Shown: positions 17,484 to 28,191, counted from the first letter of the stretch. The stretch is DNA of 64,000 bases from an uncultured Acidimicrobiales bacterium (GCA_943788915.1 CALSSD010000002.1:135812-199811); one strand, 5' to 3'. Notes: generated from the sequence alone by a model not told the origin. A program made the numbers and translations.

Positions 17484-20400
17484 TCAGATGGCTACGGCAA
17501 CGGTTTCTTCGGATGGGGGCGCTTCGGTCACATATTCGGACATGTCGGCACCCGGCCGCTCGCTGACAACGCGGGAGCTCTCGCCTGGCTTCATGCTGAC
17601 GCCATAGAGGCAGTCAGCAGCTTCCATGGTGCGCTTTTGGTGGCTCACGATGATCAACTGTGCTTCGCTGCGAAACTCGGCGACGAGATCCAGGAAACGA
17701 TGCAGGTTCACATCATCGAGTGCTGCCTCGACCTCGTCCATCACATAGAACGGCGACGGGCGGCTGCGGAATACGCCAAACAGGAAAGCCAGCGCCGTCA
17801 GTGAGCGCTCGCCACCGCTGAGCAGCGAGAGCTTGCGCACGTTCTTGCCGCCAGGGCGAGCCTCGACTTCGATACCCGTGTTCAAGATGTCGTCGGGTGT
17901 CGTCAACTTGAGTCGGCCGGCGCCGCCCGGGAACAAGGTGCCGAACAGCAGCTCGAAGTTGGAGGCCACATCGGCGAACGCCGACGTGAATACCTGGACG
18001 ATTTCTTGATCGATCGCTCGGATGACCTTGCCCAGTTCCTTGCGCGATTCTTTGACGTCGTCGAGTTGGCTTTGCAGGAACTCGTGCCGCTCGCTGAGGG
18101 TCACATATTCTTCGAGCGCAAGCGGGTTGATTGGACCCATGATGCGAAGCTCGCGCTCGAGTTCGCTGGTGCGAGCAGCGGCCGTCATACCCTCGGGCAA
18201 TGGCGGCGCTTCGGTTCGGATTGCATCGCCGATCTCGACATCGAGATCACGCCGAAGCGTCTCGATTGCGCCTTCGAGGCGCACGTTGATCTCGGCTTCT
18301 TCGATTTGGCGAGTGGACTGGCGCTCACGCAGTTCGCGGAGGCCAGCGTCGGTTGTCGACCGGTCTCGACGGGCCGACTCGAGCCCGGCTGCGATGTCGC
18401 GGACCTCGTTGGACTGGCGCTGGCGTTGGGTACGCAGCGAGTCGATCCAGGTGTCGAGCTCGGCTTCGCGGCCCGAGAGGTTCACCCGCAGATCGTTCGC
18501 AATAGCGAGCCGTTCTTCGGGTGCCTCATGCGTTTCGGCACTGTGGCGACCAAGACGCGCTTCGACGTCGGTGAGACGCTCGACCAGGAACTTCCGGCGA
18601 TCGCTGATCGCCTTGGTACGCACCGAGATGTCGTTGCGCATGCCGCCCACGAGCTTGTTTTGCTCGTCGAGCATGCCCCGGTCGGTCTCCATCAGCTGAA
18701 GCTGTTCGTTCTGAACTTCTTCGTCGGCTTCGAGTTTGGTGATGTGGCTGTTCAGTGCCTCGGTGCGTTCGTCGTCGGCAACAAGACGGGCATCAATCTC
18801 GGTCAACCGGGTAGCGACCGACTCGAACTCGTTCTCTGCCTTGCTGTTGTTGCGCTGCAGCGCAGACAGCTGCTCGCCTGCTCGCATCAGATCATCGTCG
18901 CAGGTGTTCAGTTCGCCTTGCACGGCCTTCTCGGCAGCGAGTGCGTCTTTGCGTTCAGCGGTGACGGCGTCGAGAGTCGTCGTCTCCAAGACGACAACCG
19001 CTTCGGCCTTTTCTGCTTCGATCGTGGCTTCGTCGAGCGCAGCACCAGTAGCAGCGAGGCGCTCGGCGCCGACTCGCCAGCCATCGGCCGAGAAGGATGC
19101 GCCGTCGGTGGTGACAACATGGGTGTCGCCATCGCTGAGGGCCAGCGAAACTGCCTGCTCCCAGTCGGTAACAACATCGATATGCGCAATCGCAGCGTCG
19201 AGAAGTGTGTCGATGTCTGCGCTGCGACCCCGAACGTGATTGCGCAGTGAGCGACTCGACTTGGGTGCGCCTGCCCGGCCAGTGAGCGGCAGCAGTACAC
19301 CTCCAGCATCAGCCTCGGTCAGGGCCCGAGCGGCAATTCCGGCAACGGTGGCGTCGCGTACGACGACTGCATCTTTGGCATCGCCGATGGCTGCAGCCAA
19401 CGCTGCTTCATATCCCTCGTCGATTTCCACGAGGTCAAGCAGCGGTCCGAGCACGCCATCGATGTCGTTCAATAGCTCGGCGCCTGAGCGAGCGCGAATT
19501 TCGTCGAGTGCGAGGGTGAGAGCCTCGACTCGGGCTTTCCATGTAGCCCGTGACTCACGGCTGGACTCAAGTGCAGTCGAAGCTTTTTCGTGACGTTCGG
19601 TGACTTCGAGCCTGGTCGTTTCGGCTAATTCGAGTCGGGCTACCAGGTCAGCTTCGCGGGCTTCGATCTGCGACAGCTTCTTGCGAATCTCATCGGCCTC
19701 GGGGCCGGTGGCCCCCATCGAGGTCTGAAGTTCTTCATGTTTGGCCGACAGGCGACTGCGCTCGGCTTCGAGCACCTGGCGGTTGCGAATGTGTGCTTGG
19801 AGTTCACCCCGCACGTTGGCGATGTCATCGGCGACATTCTCGATGCCGTCGCTCCAGCTCTGGTCGAAGTCAGCACGTTTCGCTTCGAGTTCTGCTTCGG
19901 CCTGAGCAACTCGGGTAATCTCATCGTTCAGCAATGCTTCGCGAGCGTCGACGTCGGCGAGGTCGCGTTGGATCTGTTCCCGGTCGGCTTCGAGTGCGGA
20001 GATCACGGCGCCGTCGACGGTTGCCTGACGATCACTATCGATGCTGCGAATACGCTCGGCGAGCACCGCGTCGACGCCTCGGAGCCGTTCGCGGAGTGAT
20101 TCACATCGAGACAAGACATCGCCGATGTCGTTTGCGCCAGCGGTAGCCAGCTGTGCTTCGCCGGTGGAAACTTGCTGGTCAAGTTGAGCCAGCTTCTCGG
20201 TCAGTTCTTTTTGCTTGGCTACGAACTTCTTTTGTTCTTCGGTCGAACCTTCGAGTCTTGCTCGAAGGTCGAAGATCTCGCGGCCCACCAGGTGGACCCG
20301 AAGCGTGGTGAGCTCGCCGATCAGGTCGCCGTGGCGGCGAGCGGCATCGGCCTGTCGCTCCAGAGGCTTGAGCTGTCGACGGACTTCACGGAGCAGATCC

Positions 20401-20975
20401 TGCAGCCTGGTCAGGTTCGCTTCAGTCGACTCAAGCCGACGTTCGCTCTTCTCCTTCCGACGACGATATTTGAGCACGCCAGCGGCTTCTTCGATGATCG
20501 AGCGGCGGTCTTCAGGGCGAGCGTTGAGAACGGCATCGATCTGGCCCTGAGAAATGATGACGTGCTGCTGGCGACCAACACCGGAATCGCTCAGGAGATC
20601 TTGGATGTCGAGGAGCCGACAGGGCACGCCGTTGATTTCATACTCGCTGTCACCAGTGCGAAAGAGGCGACGGGTGATCGTGACCTCTTCGAATTCGATC
20701 GGCATGAGTCGGGCGGTGTTGTCGAGCGTGATCGACACCTCGGCTCGTCCGAGCGCCTTCATCTTGGCTGCCCCAGCAAAGATGACATCGTCCATCTTCT
20801 GTGACCGCACCGCAGTGGGACGTTGAGCACCCAGCACCCAAGCAAGCGCATCGACCACGTTGGACTTACCACTACCGTTCGGGCCAACAACAACGGTGAC
20901 GCCAGGCTCGAAATCGAGGCGCGTCGACGAAGCGAACGACTTGAAACCTTTGAGAGTAAGGGTCTTCAGAAACAC
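17484..20975 (-). CDS. smc: Chromosome segregation protein SMC
   Basis: [17 protein letters not shown], coiled coils and hinge, [17 protein letters not shown]. Confidence 0.97.
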   Translation of the reverse strand: MFLKTLTLKGFKSFASSTRLDFEPGVTVVVGPNGSGKSNVVDALAWVLGAQRPTAVRSQKMDDVIFAGAAKMKALGRAEVSITLDNTARLMPIEFEEVTITRRLFRTGDSEYEINGVPCRLLDIQDLLSDSGVGRQQHVIISQGQIDAVLNARPEDRRSIIEEAAGVLKYRRRKEKSERRLESTEANLTRLQDLLREVRRQLKPLERQADAARRHGDLIGELTTLRVHLVGREIFDLRARLEGSTEEQKKFVAKQKELTEKLAQLDQQVSTGEAQLATAGANDIGDVLSRCESLRERLRGVDAVLAERIRSIDSDRQATVDGAVISALEADREQIQRDLADVDAREALLNDEITRVAQAEAELEAKRADFDQSWSDGIENVADDIANVRGELQAHIRNRQVLEAERSRLSAKHEELQTSMGATGPEADEIRKKLSQIEAREADLVARLELAETTRLEVTERHEKASTALESSRESRATWKARVEALTLALDEIRARSGAELLNDIDGVLGPLLDLVEIDEGYEAALAAAIGDAKDAVVVRDATVAGIAARALTEADAGGVLLPLTGRAGAPKSSRSLRNHVRGRSADIDTLLDAAIAHIDVVTDWEQAVSLALSDGDTHVVTTDGASFSADGWRVGAERLAATGAALDEATIEAEKAEAVVVLETTTLDAVTAERKDALAAEKAVQGELNTCDDDLMRAGEQLSALQRNNSKAENEFESVATRLTEIDARLVADDERTEALNSHITKLEADEEVQNEQLQLMETDRGMLDEQNKLVGGMRNDISVRTKAISDRRKFLVERLTDVEARLGRHSAETHEAPEERLAIANDLRVNLSGREAELDTWIDSLRTQRQRQSNEVRDIAAGLESARRDRSTTDAGLRELRERQSTRQIEEAEINVRLEGAIETLRRDLDVEIGDAIRTEAPPLPEGMTAAARTSELERELRIMGPINPLALEEYVTLSERHEFLQSQLDDVKESRKELGKVIRAIDQEIVQVFTSAFADVASNFELLFGTLFPGGAGRLKLTTPDDILNTGIEVEARPGGKNVRKLSLLSGGERSLTALAFLFGVFRSRPSPFYVMDEVEAALDDVNLHRFLDLVAEFRSEAQLIIVSHQKRTMEAADCLYGVSMKPGESSRVVSERPGADMSEYVTEAPPSEETVAVAI

Positions 20976-21182
20976 AACAGAATGACCCTAACGACTAGCC
21001 GAACATTGCGAGCGGCAAGCACCGCACTAATTCTGCATGTGCGCCCCACTGGTGCCTTCTATCCCCACCACCCACAGAACCTGTTTTGTTTGCGCCCAAC
21101 AATCGGCTAGCGGACATAACCAACACAGTGCTGCGTGCCAACGCAGTTTGCGCCGCGAAGCCAGCAAACAAAAGCAGAACAG

Positions 21183-22022
21183 TCAGACTTGGGACTGGTC
21201 GCAGTAGTAGGTCCAGCGGCCGGCGAACTTGCTGCGAACCAATGGTTGCCGGGAACGAGGGCTCAGGCTGCCATGTTTGCCGAAGACCTGCAGGTGGTCT
21301 TGGAAGCTGCCGGGATTTCCGGCGGGATCGACGAATGGGGCAGCGTCGATGGTGGTGCCGCGGTACTTAACTGCGTCATTCAGCACACTGACGACCGAGC
21401 GGAAGAACCGGCGCAGTTCCTGGGTGTTCAGCGATGAACCGGTGCGGTCGTAACGCAGGCTGGCTTCGAACAGGATTTCATCGCTGTAGATGTCACCAAG
21501 ACCAACGATCACGTTGTCGTCGCAAAGGATAGTTTTGAGCTTGCCGTCGAGTTGCAAGATGCGGCGACCGAAGTCGGTCCATGCCATTGGTTTGGCCAAC
21601 GGGTCCATACCGAAGTCCGCAATCTCAGGCACGGTGTCCTCGAGCGGCTGATCAGCTGGCACCAGGAACACTTCGACGGTCTCTTTTGGATCGATCAGTC
21701 GAAGCTGGCCGGTCTGGGTAAACGTAATCGTGAAGACGGTATGGTCCTCGACCTTGTCCTTGTTCGCATTGCGGCGGACCGAGGTCGTGGGTGACAACGC
21801 CAGCACCAGGAGATCGTCGCTGTCGAGGCCGAACACCAGATGGGTGCCGATGCGCTCGAGTGATGTCAGCTTGACGCCGATGAGCGCATTGGCGATCGTG
21901 GTGCGGTTGCCCGAGCGCTTGACGAGCTTCGCGACGGAGACGTCGACATCCTTGATCTTCTTGCCGACCAGGTCCCGGTCAAGGTCTCGTCGGACGATTT
22001 CGGCTTCGGGTAAAAAGATCAC
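21183..22022 (-). CDS. Fpg/MutM-fold protein with degenerate catalytic and zinc-finger motifs
   Basis: GTG 22022: MIFLPEAEIVRR, H2TH GLGDIYSDEILF, GTT, C-terminal GRWTYYCDQSQ; occupies the rnc-mutM-smc position. Confidence 0.85.
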   Translation of the reverse strand: MIFLPEAEIVRRDLDRDLVGKKIKDVDVSVAKLVKRSGNRTTIANALIGVKLTSLERIGTHLVFGLDSDDLLVLALSPTTSVRRNANKDKVEDHTVFTITFTQTGQLRLIDPKETVEVFLVPADQPLEDTVPEIADFGMDPLAKPMAWTDFGRRILQLDGKLKTILCDDNVIVGLGDIYSDEILFEASLRYDRTGSSLNTQELRRFFRSVVSVLNDAVKYRGTTIDAAPFVDPAGNPGSFQDHLQVFGKHGSLSPRSRQPLVRSKFAGRWTYYCDQSQV

Positions 22023-22062
22023 GTGTAGTGCCTTTGTGATGGTGGGGCGTGTTTTGCGGCGT

Positions 22063-22773
22063 TCACAGCGCGCATGTCTGGGATTCGTTGACCACTTCGT
22101 CGACCGCGGACTGTTTGATTGCGTCGACGGCCTGACCAGCAGCTGCTTGTTCGGCTTCCTTTTTGGAACTGCCTGTGCCTGCACCAAGTACATTGCTGCC
22201 GACGCGAACCGCGGCATCGAACACTCGGGCATGGTCGGGCCCGGTTGCCACAACGTCGTAGCACGGGGCGGTATCGAATGTCGCCACAGCGAGTTCTTGA
22301 AGCCGCGTCTTGTGGTCAAATCCGCCAGGGCCGTGGCGAACTGCTGTCGTAACGTGATCGTCCCACAGGCGAAGGACGAAGCCCCGGGCAGCTTCGATAC
22401 CACCGTCGATGTAGACCGCACCAATGACGGCCTCAAGTGCGTCGGCAAGAATCGACTGTTTGTCGCTGCCACCGGTCGTTCGTTCACCCTTACCAAGCAG
22501 CAGCACTGGGCCAAGATCGATTTCTCGGGCGATCTCAGCGAGTGTGGCTGCGTTTACGACGCCGGCCCGCAGCTTCGCAAGTTGGCCCTCGGGCAGTTCG
22601 GGGTATTCGTGGAAAATCTGTTCGGCAATCGTAAGTCCAAGGACGGCATCGCCGAGGAACTCAAGCCGCTCGTTGGACTCGACCTGACCGTTCTCGGCGC
22701 ACCAGGAACGATGTGACAGCGCAAGTTTCAGCAGCTTGGGGTCAGCGAAGTGATAGCCGATCGCTGTCGGCAA
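22063..22773 (-). CDS. rnc: Ribonuclease III
   Basis: NERLEFLGDAVLG, ILADALEAVIGA, dsRBD GSSKKEAEQ. A possible CTG start at 22800 overlaps the acpP stop. Confidence 0.97.
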   Translation of the reverse strand: MPTAIGYHFADPKLLKLALSHRSWCAENGQVESNERLEFLGDAVLGLTIAEQIFHEYPELPEGQLAKLRAGVVNAATLAEIAREIDLGPVLLLGKGERTTGGSDKQSILADALEAVIGAVYIDGGIEAARGFVLRLWDDHVTTAVRHGPGGFDHKTRLQELAVATFDTAPCYDVVATGPDHARVFDAAVRVGSNVLGAGTGSSKKEAEQAAAGQAVDAIKQSAVDEVVNESQTCAL

Positions 22774-22796
22774 GAGGCTAAGGCCGTCGTCCGAAG

Positions 22797-23090
22797 TCAG
22801 CTGTTTGCCCTGCGGTCGATGTAGTCGATGGCGTCGCGTACGGTGCGCAAATCTTCGAGATCTTCGTCGTCGATGCGGAAACCAACGGTGCGTTCGCTGA
22901 GTTCTTCTTCGATAGCTTCGACCAGTTCGATCAACGCCAACGAATCGGCTTCGAGATCATCACTGAAACTGTCGCCTTCGTTGATTGCAGACGGCTCAAT
23001 TTCGAGGATCTCGGCCAGTCGCTCGCGGACAAGGGTCACGATTTCTGAACGATCCATGGGACTCGAATTCATTAGGGTCTCGGCGGGCAT
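22797..23090 (-). CDS. acpP: Acyl carrier protein
   Basis: DDLEADSLALIEL phosphopantetheine motif; RBS GGAGGAGG; acpP-rnc synteny. Confidence 0.9.
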   Translation of the reverse strand: MPAETLMNSSPMDRSEIVTLVRERLAEILEIEPSAINEGDSFSDDLEADSLALIELVEAIEEELSERTVGFRIDDEDLEDLRTVRDAIDYIDRRANS

Positions 23091-23270
23091 GGCACCCCTC
23101 CTCCAGCTTCTCCGGCGGTCACCGGAGCCGCCAGAGTATAGCGAACATCAGCGAAAAAGGTGCATGCCGGGGTGTAGGTCGTGGCCTGCGGTAAGTTACA
23201 GCCACCGGGGTCACGTCCAAGTGCCGATGACATCCCGAATGCTCGAAAAGCCCGTGAAAGGCACCACACG

Positions 23271-23633
23271 ATGGCAAAGGTCACCATTTATCACAACCCT
23301 CATTGAGGTTCTTCAAAGAATGCCTTGGCGGTCGCCGAGGATCTAGGAATCGAACATGATGTTGTGCTGTACATGAAAGAACCGCCCAACGAGGCAACGC
23401 TCAAAAAAATTGTCGCTGGTCTCGAAGACCCCGTAGAAGATCTCGTCCGTAAGGATTCGAAGTTCAAAAAGCTCGAACTGAACCCCGACGACTACGTCGG
23501 CAATCCTGATGCTGTGGTTGCCGTGCTCACCCAGCACAAGGCGTTATTGCAACGCCCGGTTGTCGTCCACGGCAAAAAGGCCATAATTGGGCGACCCAAG
23601 GATCGCATCGGCCCGTTTATCCAAGGGAAATAG
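23271..23633 (+). CDS. ArsC-family arsenate reductase-like protein with in-frame TGA at codon 12, probable selenoprotein
   Basis: ATG 23271 (RBS GAAAGG) MAKVTIYHNPH-TGA(23304-23306)-GSSKNAL continues in frame into ORF 23325-23633 with LVRK, LLQRPVV and IGRP. Confidence 0.85.
23307..23351 (+). promoter_or_regulatory. Bacterial SECIS-like stem-loop
   Basis: Upper stem CCTTGGC/GCCGAGG with loop GGTC starting 23 nt after the TGA; possible lower stem GGTTCTT/AGGAATC. Confidence 0.65.
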
Positions 23634-23704
23634 TCCATTTTTTGGCCCGGTGGAAATACCGGGCACCACTACCCTGTTGTGATCACCCAGGAGGCACCCA
23701 CAAT

Positions 23705-24409
23705 ATGACAAGCCTGCAAACACATACACCCGCCGTACATCTGCCTGAAGAGGACCGGGCGGCATTCGTCATGCGCGTGTATCAACACGTGCTGGCTGCC
23801 ATTCGCGCATTCGTCGCGATCGAAGCTCTGTTCTTCATGACCGGCGTCGCCGAAGGTATCTACAACTTCTTCAGTGGCGGCAAATGGCTGCTCATGATGG
23901 GCCTGTTCATGGGTGGCCAATGGTTCGTCAGCAACGCCTGTCAGTGACCTCGGCAACCCGTCCCGGCAGTACGCCGGCCTGTTCGGCTCATCGGCACTCT
24001 ACGCCGTCATCTTTCGCTCCGATTCCTGCACATCGTCTACTCGGGTACAAGCACTCCGGTTCGACCGTGCAGGCTGCGCAGTCGATCACCGCCATTGGCT
24101 TCGCCATATTGAGTTTCGTTGCGTTCACCACCCGCAAAGACCTGTCGTTTCTGCGACCACTGGTCATGTGGGGTTTCGGCGGCGCAATGCTGCTCATCGT
24201 TGCGTCGCCGTGATCTTTCGGCTTCAACCTCGGCGTTTGGTTCTCGGTAGGAATGATTGTGCTCTCGGGCGCAGCGATCCTGTTCCAGACCCAGTCGATC
24301 ATCCGGACCTACCCCGGCGACGCCTACGTTGCCGCAGCGGTCACGCTATTCGGTTCAGCTTATGACGATGTTCTACTACGTGCTTCGTCTGCTCATGTCA
24401 CGCGACTAA
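23705..24409 (+). CDS. Bax inhibitor-1/YccA family membrane protein, multiply frameshifted
   Basis: DRAAFVMRVYQH, FVAFTTRKDLSFL, GAAILFQT, MFYYVLRLLMSRD* lie in different frames; about 5-6 breaks between 23940 and 24360; RBS AGGAGG. Confidence 0.75.
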
Positions 24410-24471
24410 CAGCCAACCACATCTGAATCTTCGATCCGAACCCGGTGCTATGGCACCGGGTTCTGTCGTTC

Positions 24472-24936
24472 TCAGATAGAACGTTCGATGGCATCGATAA
24501 TGCGGGCATAACCGGTGCAACGACACAGGTTCCCCGAGATCCCAAGCTGGATTTCTTCCCGTGTCGGTGTCGGATTCCGCTCCAGCAGAGCACACGCAGA
24601 CATCAGCATGCCTGGGGTGCAGAAGCCGCATTGCACGCCGCCTGCTTCGAGAATGTTGCGCTGCAGGTCGTGCAGCTTGTCGTCGACGACCAGACCTTCA
24701 ACCGTGGTCACCTGACGCCCCTGCGCCTGCACCGCCAGGTAGGAACATGAGTTCACTGGTTGGCCATCGAGCAGCACCATGCAAGCGCCACATTCGCAGT
24801 CGTCGCAGCCTTCTTTAGTGCCGGTGAGCCCAACCTCGTTCCGGAGCACGCCGAGCAGGTTTCGACTTATCGCGATCGCCAACGGGTATTCGGTGCCGTT
24901 GACACGCAGGTTGACGGCGACGACAGAATCGCTCAT
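24472..24936 (-). CDS. Molybdenum hydroxylase 2Fe-2S subunit (CoxS/XdhC-like)
   Basis: GTKEGCDDCECGACMV, QCGFCTPG, GNLCRCTGY. Confidence 0.93.
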   Translation of the reverse strand: MSDSVVAVNLRVNGTEYPLAIAISRNLLGVLRNEVGLTGTKEGCDDCECGACMVLLDGQPVNSCSYLAVQAQGRQVTTVEGLVVDDKLHDLQRNILEAGGVQCGFCTPGMLMSACALLERNPTPTREEIQLGISGNLCRCTGYARIIDAIERSI

Positions 24937-25826
24937 GACGAAGCTCCAATGCCGAGTGTCCGGTTGACCGGCACAGCTATATGTTCGCCCTGGGCCCGGC
25001 GAGCCGCTGCATCGAAGGCACGTTTCGCCATCACCCCAATGGTGTGGCGCCGGTAATGGTCACTTGCCCGAAGATCCGAGATCGGTGTGGCTTGGTCCGA
25101 CGCTGCAGCTGCGACCATCGCCAGTGCCTGTTCGTCGGCAGGGCGACCAATCAGATCGACGCTGATTGCGACGACTGTCGGGGCAACCGCAGTCAATGCG
25201 ATCTTCGTTGCAGCGATCGTGCCGTCGTCGTTCAGCTGAACCGACGCCGCAGCACCAACAACAGCGATCTCCATCGCCCGACGGTATTCAAGACGAACGT
25301 AGGCGCTGGATGAGCGGTCACGGGGAGTCGAAAGAAAGATAGACGTACACAACTCTGTTGCCGACGCCGCAGTAAGGCGTGGGCCGGTCCAGAGACCAGC
25401 GATTGGCAGTGTCCTCGTGCCGACCTCTGACCGCAGCTCCACAGTTGCATCGAGGACAAGCAGTGGCGCCCCGGTGTCCATCGCAGGTGAACCATTCATG
25501 ATGTTGCCGCCAACCGTGCCCACGTTGCGGGTTGCAGGTGAACCAACCAATGCAGCTGCGTCGGCAAGACCGGGATAACGCTGCACGATGGTCTCGTCGA
25601 CCATAAGCCTGGCATGGGTGACGCCAGCACCAATGGCACAGCCGTCGGTGTTCACCTCGATCTGCGCAAGCTCACGAATACGGTCGATGGCAACCAGGTC
25701 ATCGGGAAGCGAATCGACGCCGTGACGGGCGCCAACAACGAGATCAGAACCACCCGCAACAGGCCTGGCCCCTTGTGCCATGGCCGCAACGGCATCGTCG
25801 ATCGAACGTGCGATCAAGAAACTCAC
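24933..25826 (-). CDS. Molybdenum hydroxylase FAD subunit (CoxM-like)
   Basis: AGGSDL, IGAGVT, RNVGTVGGNI, PISDLRASDHYRR. Confidence 0.93.
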   Translation of the reverse strand: MSFLIARSIDDAVAAMAQGARPVAGGSDLVVGARHGVDSLPDDLVAIDRIRELAQIEVNTDGCAIGAGVTHARLMVDETIVQRYPGLADAAALVGSPATRNVGTVGGNIMNGSPAMDTGAPLLVLDATVELRSEVGTRTLPIAGLWTGPRLTAASATELCTSIFLSTPRDRSSSAYVRLEYRRAMEIAVVGAAASVQLNDDGTIAATKIALTAVAPTVVAISVDLIGRPADEQALAMVAAAASDQATPISDLRASDHYRRHTIGVMAKRAFDAAARRAQGEHIAVPVNRTLGIGASS

Positions 25827-28144
25827 GACTCGCCTCCGGTCCCGTTCGAGATCTCGCTGTGTAACAGTTCATTGGCCGTGAGCCAGACTCGTTCGGCCGT
25901 CATCGGAAGCTGACGCACGGGTTGCCCAATCACTTGGGCGATCGCATTTGAGATCGCAGCCGCGGTCGCCACGTTTGGAGCCTCGGCCAAACCTTTGGCA
26001 CCACGAGGACCAGCGCCCTCTCCCCCAGGTTCGATGAAACACGTTCGAACGGTTGGGGTGTCGGCGGCCGTTTGCAGCTTGTATTCGAGCAGGCCAGGGT
26101 TGAGCTGACGGCCTGTGTCGTCGTACCGGGTGCCTTCGCTGAGCGCCTGTCCGATGCCCATCGTGATGCCACCCTCGATCTGGCCCAGGGCGCCAAGCGG
26201 ATTGAGGATTGTTCCCGAATCGTGTGCTGCACTCACGTCGAGCACTCGGGCGACACCGGTCTCGCGATCAACTCGCACATGAACGGCATGGCACGAGAAT
26301 TGGGGTCCTGCCCATGCAGCGACACCCTGATCGCCGACACAGTTGGTGGCCAACTCGGGATACGGCGCCGGTGTCTCAGATCCTGTCGCCATCAGAAGCT
26401 GATCCCCGGCGGCGATTCCTGCGAGTTCGACGATGGACACGGACTTCGCGGGGGTTCCGGCGACATAGGCGACCCCGGCTTCGAGCACGATGTCGTCAGG
26501 GTCCGCTTCGAGTTCGGCGGCTGCAAGCTCACGAAGCTGTTTGGCAATACGTTGCGAAGCCCCGACGACTGCTCGCCCGTTGTTGATGAGCGTTTGGGAA
26601 CCGGTTGCGCCGGTGTCGTAGGGCCCGGCTGCGGTGTCTTGGTACACGATCTCGAAATCGGTTGGCTTCATGCCCAGTTCCTCGGCCGCAAGGTATCGCA
26701 GCGTCATGACCGCTCCGGTGCCACATTCTTGAGCACCGGTCACGATCTGGCCGCAACCGTCGTCGTCGATACGCACGATGGCTCCCGATGCACCCGGGAA
26801 ACTCGGCCACCACCCGACAGCCACACCAATGGCCTCGTCGGGACCGAGCTCAGTCGCCGGTGTTGCGTTCTCGACTGCAGCGTCGATACAGGCCTGGAGA
26901 CCAATGGCGTCGTACACCTGACCAGCGACCCCGGTGTCTCCCTCGGCCACACAATTGAGCTTGCGGAATGCGACCGGGTCCATATCGAGTAGGTGCGCGA
27001 TCTCGTCGGTATGTGACTCAAGGGCCCAGCATGCTTGTGGGGCCGTCGGAGCTCGGACCGAACCCGACGGTTGGCGATTGGTGTAGATCAGGCTGGCTTC
27101 GATGTGGACATGGTCGACCTTGTAAGGACCAGCTGCATGCATGGCCGCCAGCTGGGGGAAGAACGCAGCGTCGGCAGCATACGCGCCATTGTCGATCAGC
27201 AGCCGCCCCTTACGGGCGGCGATTGTGCCGTTGGATCGCACGCCGGTGGTCAGCTCGACGATCATGCCTTCGCGCCGACGATCCGGTGCGAGGAATTCTT
27301 CGCGGCGAGTAAAGACAAGTTTCACCGGCCGTTTGGCTGCCCGGGCTAGTGCAGCGATGTGTGCTTCGAAGTGGAAACCGCACTTGCCCCCGAAACCTCC
27401 GCCCAAGTGAGGCACGATGATCCGGACCTTGTTGCTCGCCATTCCCAGCGTTTCACAAACGCCGGCACGGGCATCGAATGGCACCTGGGTGGTTGTCCAG
27501 ATGGTGACTTTGTCACCCTGCCATTGCGCCAGAATCGCTCGAGGTTCGATCGGCACCGCGTGGCTAGCGTCGGCTTCGTACCGGCTGGTGACGACATGAT
27601 CAGCTTCGGCCAGGCCAGCCTCGACATCACCTTTGGTGATCGATGAGAACGAGCACACATTACGGTCGCGCACGGTGTCGCCGGTGGCTTCGTAGCTTTC
27701 CCATTGTGGATGGACCAGAGGCGAGTCAGGTCTCAGAGCGGCTTCGAGGTCGGTGACCGCGTCGAGCTCCTCGTAACGCACCACGATTGCGTCGACAGCG
27801 GCATGGGCCTGCTCAAGCGTGGCCGCGGCAACGGCCGCCACGACTTCACCCTCGAAGCGGATCAGGTCGTGGGCGAACAGCTGCCGATCGGGGATTACCG
27901 GGCTGTAGTGAACGTCGGGCACGTCGTGTGCCGTGAGTACGGCCACCACTCCGGGCATGTTTTCGGCAAAAGATGTGTCGACGCTGATCAGTTTGGCCGA
28001 GGCGACCTCGGCGTATTTGAATGCTGCGAACGCCATACCCGCGAGCGCCATATCCGCGGTGTAACGCCCGTTGCCAGTGACTTTGGCCTCACCATCGGCC
28101 CGATCGAAACGAGGCAGTTCAGCAGGAACAACAGGTGCAGCCAT
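25823..28144 (-). CDS. Xanthine dehydrogenase-family molybdopterin-binding subunit
   Basis: KVTGNGRYTAD, LGGGFGGK, GQIEGGITMGIGQAL, GAKGLAE, LPMTAERVW. Confidence 0.93.
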   Translation of the reverse strand: MAAPVVPAELPRFDRADGEAKVTGNGRYTADMALAGMAFAAFKYAEVASAKLISVDTSFAENMPGVVAVLTAHDVPDVHYSPVIPDRQLFAHDLIRFEGEVVAAVAAATLEQAHAAVDAIVVRYEELDAVTDLEAALRPDSPLVHPQWESYEATGDTVRDRNVCSFSSITKGDVEAGLAEADHVVTSRYEADASHAVPIEPRAILAQWQGDKVTIWTTTQVPFDARAGVCETLGMASNKVRIIVPHLGGGFGGKCGFHFEAHIAALARAAKRPVKLVFTRREEFLAPDRRREGMIVELTTGVRSNGTIAARKGRLLIDNGAYAADAAFFPQLAAMHAAGPYKVDHVHIEASLIYTNRQPSGSVRAPTAPQACWALESHTDEIAHLLDMDPVAFRKLNCVAEGDTGVAGQVYDAIGLQACIDAAVENATPATELGPDEAIGVAVGWWPSFPGASGAIVRIDDDGCGQIVTGAQECGTGAVMTLRYLAAEELGMKPTDFEIVYQDTAAGPYDTGATGSQTLINNGRAVVGASQRIAKQLRELAAAELEADPDDIVLEAGVAYVAGTPAKSVSIVELAGIAAGDQLLMATGSETPAPYPELATNCVGDQGVAAWAGPQFSCHAVHVRVDRETGVARVLDVSAAHDSGTILNPLGALGQIEGGITMGIGQALSEGTRYDDTGRQLNPGLLEYKLQTAADTPTVRTCFIEPGGEGAGPRGAKGLAEAPNVATAAAISNAIAQVIGQPVRQLPMTAERVWLTANELLHSEISNGTGGES

Positions 28145-28191
28145 GGCGCGGCATCCTAGTTGGATCCAACGTTTGTTGAATCCGAAGGCTG

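Noticed and set aside
18006-20804. Long antisense ORFs over smc (likewise over ftsY, htrA, coxL, xth and kgd)
   Set aside because: Shadow ORFs are expected in high-GC DNA and show no recognisable motifs.
24472-28144. Aerobic CO dehydrogenase (coxMSL)
   Set aside because: It lacks the AYXCSFR/AYXGAGR loop and the accessory cox genes, and the order is L-M-S.
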